Shown: in pieces, positions 58,167 through 64,000 of the stretch | Numbering within the stretch: position 1 is the first letter of the stretch | Layout: each line of letters begins with the position of its first letter | Origin: Bacillota bacterium | GTDB lineage: Bacteria; Bacillota; Sulfobacillia; RBS10-35; JAJYVN01 | Reading direction: 5' to 3' | Assembly: GCA_021806565.1 (NCBI GenBank) | Contig: JAJZXK010000001.1 | Coordinates: forward strand, 100,072 to 164,071 | DNA: 64,000 nucleotides | The notes under the pieces: generated by a model | Told to the model about the DNA's origin: nothing | The model's database searches: none | What the model saw: only the letters and a program-made list of their open reading frames with translations | Position numbers and translations under genes: made by a program

Positions 58167-59689
58167 AGCGTTGGTGGGAACTGAGCCGGGTGCGCGACGC
58201 GCTGGCCGGGGCGGCGGTCGGGGTCGGTCTGTTTCTGGTGGTGCACTTCCCGTCCATGCTGCCCCTGTTGGTGATGGTCGCCCTGGGTCTGCTGCTCTTG
58301 CGGATGATGGGCGGCATGCCCGGTCTGCGGCCGCGGTTTACGCCGCTTGGGGCGAACCGGGGGGTCGTGGCGGCGGCGCCGGTCGGTTTCGACGACATCG
58401 GCGGCCAGGCCGCGGCCAAGCAAGAACTGCGCGAGGCGCTGGAATTCCTGCGCCAGCACGAACGCGCGCGCCGCCTGGGCATCCGCCCGCTCAAGGGCAT
58501 CCTGCTCACCGGCCCGCCAGGAACCGGTAAGACGATGCTCGCCAAGGCGGCCGCTTCCTTCACCGGATCTCTGTTCATCGCCTCGTCCGGGGCGGAGTTC
58601 ATCGAGGTGTACGCCGGGGTGGGCGCGCAGCGGGTGCGGGAGTTGTTCCGCCGCGCGCGCGAGGAGGGCCGGCAGCAGGGGTCCGGCGTGATTGTCTTCA
58701 TCGATGAGTTGGAGGTCATCGGCGGCAAGCGCGGCCGCCATCAGAGCCATCTGGAGTATGACCAGACGTTGAACCAGCTACTGGTGGAGATGGACGGCGT
58801 CCAGTCCGACGACCCGACGCGCGTGCTGGTCATCGGTGCGACCAACCGCTCGGATCTGCTTGACGACGCGTTGCTGCGCCCGGGGCGCTTCGACCGGGTC
58901 GTGCGCGTCGACCTTCCCGACCGCGAGGGGCGGCTGCAGATCCTGTCGCTGCATACGCGCGGCAAACCGCTGGCCAGCGGCGTCGATCTGGAGCGCATCG
59001 CCCAGGAGACCTTCGGGTTTTCGGGTGCGCATCTGGAGAGCCTGAGCAACGAGGCCGCCATCCTGGCCATGCGGGAAGGACTGGAGCAGGTGCCGGACCG
59101 CTGTTTCCAAGAAGCCGTGGACAAGGTGCTGCTGGGTGAGAAGCTGCAACGCCGGCCGGCGCGGCAGGAGCGCTACCGGATTGCCGTGCACGAGTCGGGG
59201 CATGCGGTGGTCGGCGAGGCCCTGCGTCCCGGGACGGTGGCGCGGGTCACCATCACGTCGCGCGGCCAGGCCCTGGGCTACGTGCGCCAGACACCGAAAG
59301 ACGACACCTACCTGTACAGCCGCGAGGAGCTTGCGGACGAGATCGCCCGCCTCCTTGCGGGATCACTCGCCGAGGCGTCGGTGTTCGGCGACCGCAGCAC
59401 CGGCGCCGCCAGCGACTTCAGCCAGGTGGGGCGGCTGGTGCGTACGATGATCGGCTCCGGCATGTCGCGCCTCGGGGTTGTGGATGTCGACGAGTTGCCG
59501 GAGCAACTGCTGCACCGCGAGCACTGCGCCCTGGTGGCCGAGCAGGAGGATCGGGTCCGGGCCTGCCTGGACACCCATCGCGCGGCCCTGCTGGCCCTGG
59601 CGGACCTGCTGGTCGAGCGCGAGTCCCTGCCGGGGGATCAACTGCGCTCGCTGCTGGCGGAAGTCGGAGCGCCGGCTCAGGTCGGCTGA
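58163..59689 (+). CDS. short FtsH-like AAA+ zinc metalloprotease
   Basis: Two adjacent TMs, GPPGTGKT, FIDE, ATNR...DALLRPGRFDR, HESGH, STGAASD. Confidence 0.92.
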   Translation: MKRWWELSRVRDALAGAAVGVGLFLVVHFPSMLPLLVMVALGLLLLRMMGGMPGLRPRFTPLGANRGVVAAAPVGFDDIGGQAAAKQELREALEFLRQHERARRLGIRPLKGILLTGPPGTGKTMLAKAAASFTGSLFIASSGAEFIEVYAGVGAQRVRELFRRAREEGRQQGSGVIVFIDELEVIGGKRGRHQSHLEYDQTLNQLLVEMDGVQSDDPTRVLVIGATNRSDLLDDALLRPGRFDRVVRVDLPDREGRLQILSLHTRGKPLASGVDLERIAQETFGFSGAHLESLSNEAAILAMREGLEQVPDRCFQEAVDKVLLGEKLQRRPARQERYRIAVHESGHAVVGEALRPGTVARVTITSRGQALGYVRQTPKDDTYLYSREELADEIARLLAGSLAEASVFGDRSTGAASDFSQVGRLVRTMIGSGMSRLGVVDVDELPEQLLHREHCALVAEQEDRVRACLDTHRAALLALADLLVERESLPGDQLRSLLAEVGAPAQVG

Positions 59690-60144
59690 TCCTCATCCGA
59701 TTCTCCGTCGAGATCTCCCAGATCTTCTTCGTCTTTTTCGTCTTCGTCCGTCTCGTCGTCCTCGCTCAGGATACCTTCGCTGACCAGCACGGAGACCTCG
59801 GCCTGCGAGGCGACGACGACGGCGTCCTCAGGGGAGCACCGCAGCTCCAGCACCCCGATGGGCCCTTCCAGTTCCAGATAGGCTTCGGCCGGGTGGCCGC
59901 TGGTGCGGTCGAGCGTGGTACGTACCACGCGCCCACCCAGCCCGTCGACCACCCGCAGGAGCAGGGTGTAGGTGTGGGGACGGGGGAATCCCACCTGGGC
60001 GATGTGGGCCTGAATCATCATCGCCGAGTGTTCGCCGATGCCGATGCCGAGGCTGCGGTCGCCGGCGCGTTCCCGAAGAACCGCCACCAGGTTTCCGTCT
60101 TCCGTCCGTCCGACCGCGTCCACCGCCATCTCGACCATTGCCAT
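59677..60144 (-). CDS. bifunctional nuclease family (DUF151) protein
   Basis: VLRE...LGIGIG...PRPHTY...PEDAV; acidic tail. Confidence 0.75.
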   Translation of the reverse strand: MAMVEMAVDAVGRTEDGNLVAVLRERAGDRSLGIGIGEHSAMMIQAHIAQVGFPRPHTYTLLLRVVDGLGGRVVRTTLDRTSGHPAEAYLELEGPIGVLELRCSPEDAVVVASQAEVSVLVSEGILSEDDETDEDEKDEEDLGDLDGESDEDQPT

Positions 60145-60662
60145 CACCCCGCACGCTCCGCCGCGGCGGCGTAACGCTGCTCGTGCTCCAGTAACCACTG
60201 TTTGCGGTTCAAGCCACCGGCATACCCCGTCAAGCGTCCGTTGGCGCCGACCACGCGGTGGCAGGGGAGGATGATCGAAAGGGGGTTGGCACCGCAGGCG
60301 CGGCCCGCGGCGCGCACGGCCCGGGGCGATCCGGCCGCCGCCGCGATGGCGCCGTAAGTGGTCCGCCGCCCGTAGGGGATGGCGGCCATGGCGTCCCAGA
60401 TGCGCCGTTCGAACGGCGATCCCTCGACCGCGCACCGCAGCCGGAAGGTTTGCAACTGTCCGTTGAAGTATGCTTCCAGTTGTTCGGCCGTGTCCCGCAT
60501 CGCCCGCGGCTCGTGGAGGAACTGCGCCCGGTGGCGCCTGTCCAGGGATTCCAGGGCGGTCCACTCCGGGCCGTCGGCCCAGTCGCACCAGCACAGCCCG
60601 GTGGGAAGCGCGGCGAGCAGCAACGGTCCCAGGGGGCTTGGTAGGACGCGGTATGCGGCCAT
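60144..60662 (-). CDS. ogt: methylated-DNA--protein-cysteine methyltransferase
   Basis: IPYG, RAAGRACGANP, PCHRV, GYAGG. Confidence 0.95.
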   Translation of the reverse strand: MAAYRVLPSPLGPLLLAALPTGLCWCDWADGPEWTALESLDRRHRAQFLHEPRAMRDTAEQLEAYFNGQLQTFRLRCAVEGSPFERRIWDAMAAIPYGRRTTYGAIAAAAGSPRAVRAAGRACGANPLSIILPCHRVVGANGRLTGYAGGLNRKQWLLEHEQRYAAAAERAG

Positions 60663-60733
60663 GGCCTGTCACCTCCCAGTCGGAGATCCGGGCCTAAGGG
60701 TACATCGTTCGCGGGAACGGGGGAAGGCATCGT

Positions 60734-62050
60734 TTGGCGCTTGTGGTGGAATCGATCGCGGTGGGTACCGAGTTGCTTCTGGGGCAGATCGCCAACACCA
60801 ACGCCCAACTCTTGGCGCGGATGTTGGCCGAACAGGGTCTCCATCACTACTTCCAGTCGACGGTCGGGGACAACCGGGAGCGACTGACCCAGACCCTTCA
60901 CCTGGCTCTCGGGCGGTCGGATGTCGTGGTCACCATTGGCGGCCTCGGCCCGACGCAGGACGACCTGACCAAGGAGGTGGTCGCCGGCGTCTTCCACCGC
61001 GGTCTGGTGGTGCACGAACCGTCGTGGGAGCGGATCCGCGGCCGGATCGGCGCGGCGTCCACTCCCAACAACCGCCGCCAGGCGGAGATCCCCGCGGACG
61101 CCGAGGTGATCGCCAATGAAGTGGGCCTCGCGCCCGGGGTGCTGCTGGCGGCCCCGTACCGGGCCCCCGGTTCGGAGGAGGCCCTGGCCCGGGTGGTCAT
61201 CTGCCTGCCCGGTCCGCCCAATGAGTTCGGGCCGATGGTCCGCGGCCCGGTCGCTCAATACCTCGCGGCCCTGGCCCACGGAAGCGGCCGTCAGGCGGCG
61301 ATCCAGTCGCGGTCGCTGCACCTGGCGGGCGTCGGTGAATCCAAGGCGGAGCACCTGCTGCAGGACGTGATCGCGGACTTGGACCGGTCGGGCGGGGTGA
61401 CCCTGGCGACGTACGCCAAGCCGGGCGATGTCGAGGTGCGCCTGACGGCGCACGCGCCGACGGCGGAGGAGGCTCAGGCGCTGTTGCGTCCGGTGGAGGA
61501 GGCCGTGCGGGCGCGCGTGGGCCCGTGGGTGTATGGGACGGATGGCGCAACGTTGGGCGGCGCGACCCTGCGTGTCCTATCCGAGACGGGCCGCACACTG
61601 GCGGTGGCGGAGTCGTGCACCGGTGGCGAACTGAGCGCCTGGTTGACGGCCGACCCGGGCGCTTCGGCGGGCTTTCTTCTGGGTGCGGTCACCTACGGCG
61701 ATGCCGCCAAGAGGGCGGTGGCCGCCGTCGACGCCGGATTGCTGGCGGAGGACGGCGCGGTGAGCGCGGCGGCGGCACGCGCGATGGCGGAGGGCGTGCG
61801 GCGCCAGGTGGGGGCCACCGTGGGGTTGGCGGTCACCGGCTTTGCGGGTCCGGAGGGCGGCACGGCGGCGGATCCGGTCGGCACCGTGTACGTCGGCCTC
61901 GCCGCTCCAGAGGGCACGTGGGATCGACGCTTGACGCTGCGCGGCGACCGGGCCGCCGTCCGCCGCCGCGCTGTGCAGGAGTCCCTGCAATGGCTGCGCC
62001 GCTACGCGGTCGATGGTGCGGCGGCCATGCGGCCAGGCAACGACGGCTGA
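60734..62050 (+). CDS. cinA: competence/damage-inducible protein CinA
   Basis: VGTELLLG, NTN, GGLGPTQDDLT, LPGPP, AESCTGG, TGFAGP. Confidence 0.95.
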   Translation: MALVVESIAVGTELLLGQIANTNAQLLARMLAEQGLHHYFQSTVGDNRERLTQTLHLALGRSDVVVTIGGLGPTQDDLTKEVVAGVFHRGLVVHEPSWERIRGRIGAASTPNNRRQAEIPADAEVIANEVGLAPGVLLAAPYRAPGSEEALARVVICLPGPPNEFGPMVRGPVAQYLAALAHGSGRQAAIQSRSLHLAGVGESKAEHLLQDVIADLDRSGGVTLATYAKPGDVEVRLTAHAPTAEEAQALLRPVEEAVRARVGPWVYGTDGATLGGATLRVLSETGRTLAVAESCTGGELSAWLTADPGASAGFLLGAVTYGDAAKRAVAAVDAGLLAEDGAVSAAAARAMAEGVRRQVGATVGLAVTGFAGPEGGTAADPVGTVYVGLAAPEGTWDRRLTLRGDRAAVRRRAVQESLQWLRRYAVDGAAAMRPGNDG

Positions 62051-62177
62051 GGCCCGAGGCCCGTCCGCGCCCGGCCCGTGACGGGACGGGCGTCGGGGTG
62101 GTTGGGTCCGCTCGATGGCCATCGGACCCGACCACCTGAGGTCTTGGGCGCGGTCCACGGGCAGCAGGCGGCGGAGG

Positions 62178-63173
62178 TTAGGGCCTGTCCCCGATTTCCA
62201 CCGCCGTACCACTATCGAGGGCGTCGCGGGCTGCCAGTGCGATCCGCAGGGCGGTGACCGCGTCTTGGGCGGGTACCACGGCGCTCGGCGTACCCGAGCG
62301 CAGGCAGGCGGCGAAGTGTTCCAGTTGCAGGGTGTACGGATCGCCGGGCGCGACGCTCACGGTGCGGCCGGGCTGGCCGGGGAGTTGCAGCGTCAGCGCG
62401 CTGATCCCACCGGCCGGCTCGTCGGGCCGGGACCCTCCGGCGCGAAAGATGTACTCAATGACGCCCGCGTCTCCACGGACGCGGATGGTCGAGGTGAAGG
62501 GAAAGCCTTCGGGCAGGTCCGCGGCCGCCTCGGCGACGGCGGCGGCCTGCTCGAACCGTAGGCTGGTGAACACGTGCCGGTCGCGGCCACAGGCGGCCAC
62601 GCGCCGGGGCGAGCCAAGGAGCCATGCGAGGTAGTCGTCGTCGTGGATCTGCAGGTCGACGACGGGCCCGCCGTTGAGGACGCGCCGCGGGGCGGGATCG
62701 GGGTCGGGCCCGGGTCCCTGCTGCAGCCGCAGGGCGAGCGCCGAGGTGGGGGTGCCGATGGCGCCTTGGTGCACCATCTGCCGCAGTTGCACGTACTCCG
62801 GCCAGAATCGCACCACGTGGGCCACGAGCAGCAGGCGGCCGGCCGATTCGGCGGCTTGGACCATGCGCTGGCCGTCGTCCACGGTCAGCGCGATCGGCTT
62901 TTCACACACGACGTGCCGTCCCGCCGCCAGCGCCGCGAGGGCGACCGCGCAGTGGTGGTCGGTCGGCAGGCAGATGTCCAGGACGTCGGCCGGGACCTGC
63001 AGCAGGCGGTCCAGGTCCGTGATCGCCTCGGCCCCGACTTGGGCCGCGAGGGTCTGCGCCCGCTGTGGCGTCCGTGAATACACCGCGGTGACCCGGACGT
63101 CGGGAAGTCCAGCCCAGCGGATCGCATGCGTCTCTCCCATGAAGCCGGCTCCGGCGACCGCCACTCGCAGCAC
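62178..63173 (-). CDS. Gfo/Idh/MocA-family oxidoreductase
   Basis: GAGFMG, CEKP, HVVRFWP, DLQIHD. Confidence 0.92.
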   Translation of the reverse strand: MLRVAVAGAGFMGETHAIRWAGLPDVRVTAVYSRTPQRAQTLAAQVGAEAITDLDRLLQVPADVLDICLPTDHHCAVALAALAAGRHVVCEKPIALTVDDGQRMVQAAESAGRLLLVAHVVRFWPEYVQLRQMVHQGAIGTPTSALALRLQQGPGPDPDPAPRRVLNGGPVVDLQIHDDDYLAWLLGSPRRVAACGRDRHVFTSLRFEQAAAVAEAAADLPEGFPFTSTIRVRGDAGVIEYIFRAGGSRPDEPAGGISALTLQLPGQPGRTVSVAPGDPYTLQLEHFAACLRSGTPSAVVPAQDAVTALRIALAARDALDSGTAVEIGDRP

Positions 63174-63233
63174 CGCACATCACCCCGGAGGCGCTTGTTG
63201 GCGTAGCGGGTCCCTTACCCCTGCCGCCGCGGA

Positions 63234-63545
63234 TCAGTCGCGACGCGTCAGACGGCCGGCCTGCAGCCAAAGGGCGCGCCGGCAATGCGGGCAGGTGAGC
63301 GGTTGGCGCCACCACAGGCGCAGGACCGCCGTCGGTGTGCCGCAGTATGGGCAGGGGAACGTCGGCTCGGCGGGATAGGGGGAGATCCAGGCCAGCAGTG
63401 CCGCCAGACCACCGGCCGGCATCAGCAGCAGTCCGCCGTAGAAGAATGGCGGCACCGCCCATTGCAGCGGCCGCCACATCAACAGCGAGGCGCCGGTGAG
63501 CCAGAGCGCAAGGCCGATGGTGGCGACCCTCAGCCAGACCCGCAC
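63234..63545 (-). CDS. two-TM protein with C-terminal zinc ribbon (DUF2614-like architecture)
   Basis: Two TMs then CPYC...CPHC. The start may lie further upstream. Confidence 0.65.
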   Translation of the reverse strand: MRVWLRVATIGLALWLTGASLLMWRPLQWAVPPFFYGGLLLMPAGGLAALLAWISPYPAEPTFPCPYCGTPTAVLRLWWRQPLTCPHCRRALWLQAGRLTRRD

Positions 63546-63680
63546 CCAACCGATGCGCAGTCCGAGTTGGTCGCGCAGGTCCGGCCGCCGCGCCGGCGGC
63601 CGTTCGCGTCCTGCTGCGCGCGTCGTGGCGTCCGCCCCCTTTCCCTTGCGCCGGTGTGCTGCTGAGGCTATCATGCGCGC

Positions 63681-63775
63681 GGGAGTAGCAGGAAGACTGG
63701 TGTCGCCCCCGGTCTTCAAAATCGGTGGGGGGCGCGTGCGTCCCCGGTGGGTTCGATTCCCACCTACTCCCGCCA
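63681..63775 (+). tRNA. selC: tRNA-Sec(TCA)
   Basis: 95 nt; 8-bp acceptor stem GGGAGTAG/CTACTCCC, anticodon loop CT-TCA-AA, long variable arm, GGTTCGATTCC, 3' GCCA. Confidence 0.95.
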
Positions 63776-64000
63776 AACGCTTGAGCGCCAAGCATCTCCG
63801 AGCATGGTGCCGTACCTCTGCGCCGACTCGGCCGGGGCCAACCGAACTGCTTTGCAGATCTGTAGCAAATATGAACGCCGCGGCAAGGCAGATTCACGAG
63901 GGCGCCGCGGTGGCAATCTCGTTCGTTGTGGCTGAGCGGCGTTCTCCGCCGGATGCGCCGCGGAGTTGGCAGTACCTTCGGACCTTCTATCGAGATAGTT

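Noticed and set aside
1..64000. CRISPR array, rRNA or long tandem-repeat array
   Set aside because: No regularly spaced repeats or rRNA-like sequence were noticed by eye; a repeat finder was not run.

Overview
Very GC-rich chromosomal window, most consistent with a spore-forming Bacillota lineage (SLH protein, SpoVK-like ATPase, SpoVB-like flippase, Cys-rich coat-type protein, FemAB, SigA-like promoters, Gram-positive-type LexA boxes). The backbone is housekeeping: thpR-recA-recX-rny-ymdB, miaB-mutS-mutL-miaA-spoVK, a sulfur-carrier cysteine synthesis cluster (Ubl-E1-rhodanese fusion, cysteine synthase, JAB protease) followed by ndk-mtnP-ahcY-mtaD, cell-envelope genes, an FtsH paralog, ogt, cinA, tRNA-Pro(GGG) and tRNA-Sec. 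Three accessory regions interrupt it. (1) A tnpB-only IS200/IS605 element with a frameshifted TnpB. (2) A 3,768-bp element that splits an HtrA-type serine protease gene between mutS and mutL at a 9-bp direct repeat (GTTACCAAC). Both reconstituted junctions show dyad symmetry, no recombinase is recognisable in the element, and precise excision would restore an intact in-frame gene. This is the most striking observation. (3) A collapsed prophage relic next to tRNA-Pro. Other leads are a structured rny leader RNA, a 39-aa membrane protein missed by the ORF track, a BshC-like protein lacking the conserved BshC motifs, and an inverted copy of the tRNA-Pro 5' half. All calls come from reading motifs by eye; no database searches or folding computations were run, and many start codons are best guesses.
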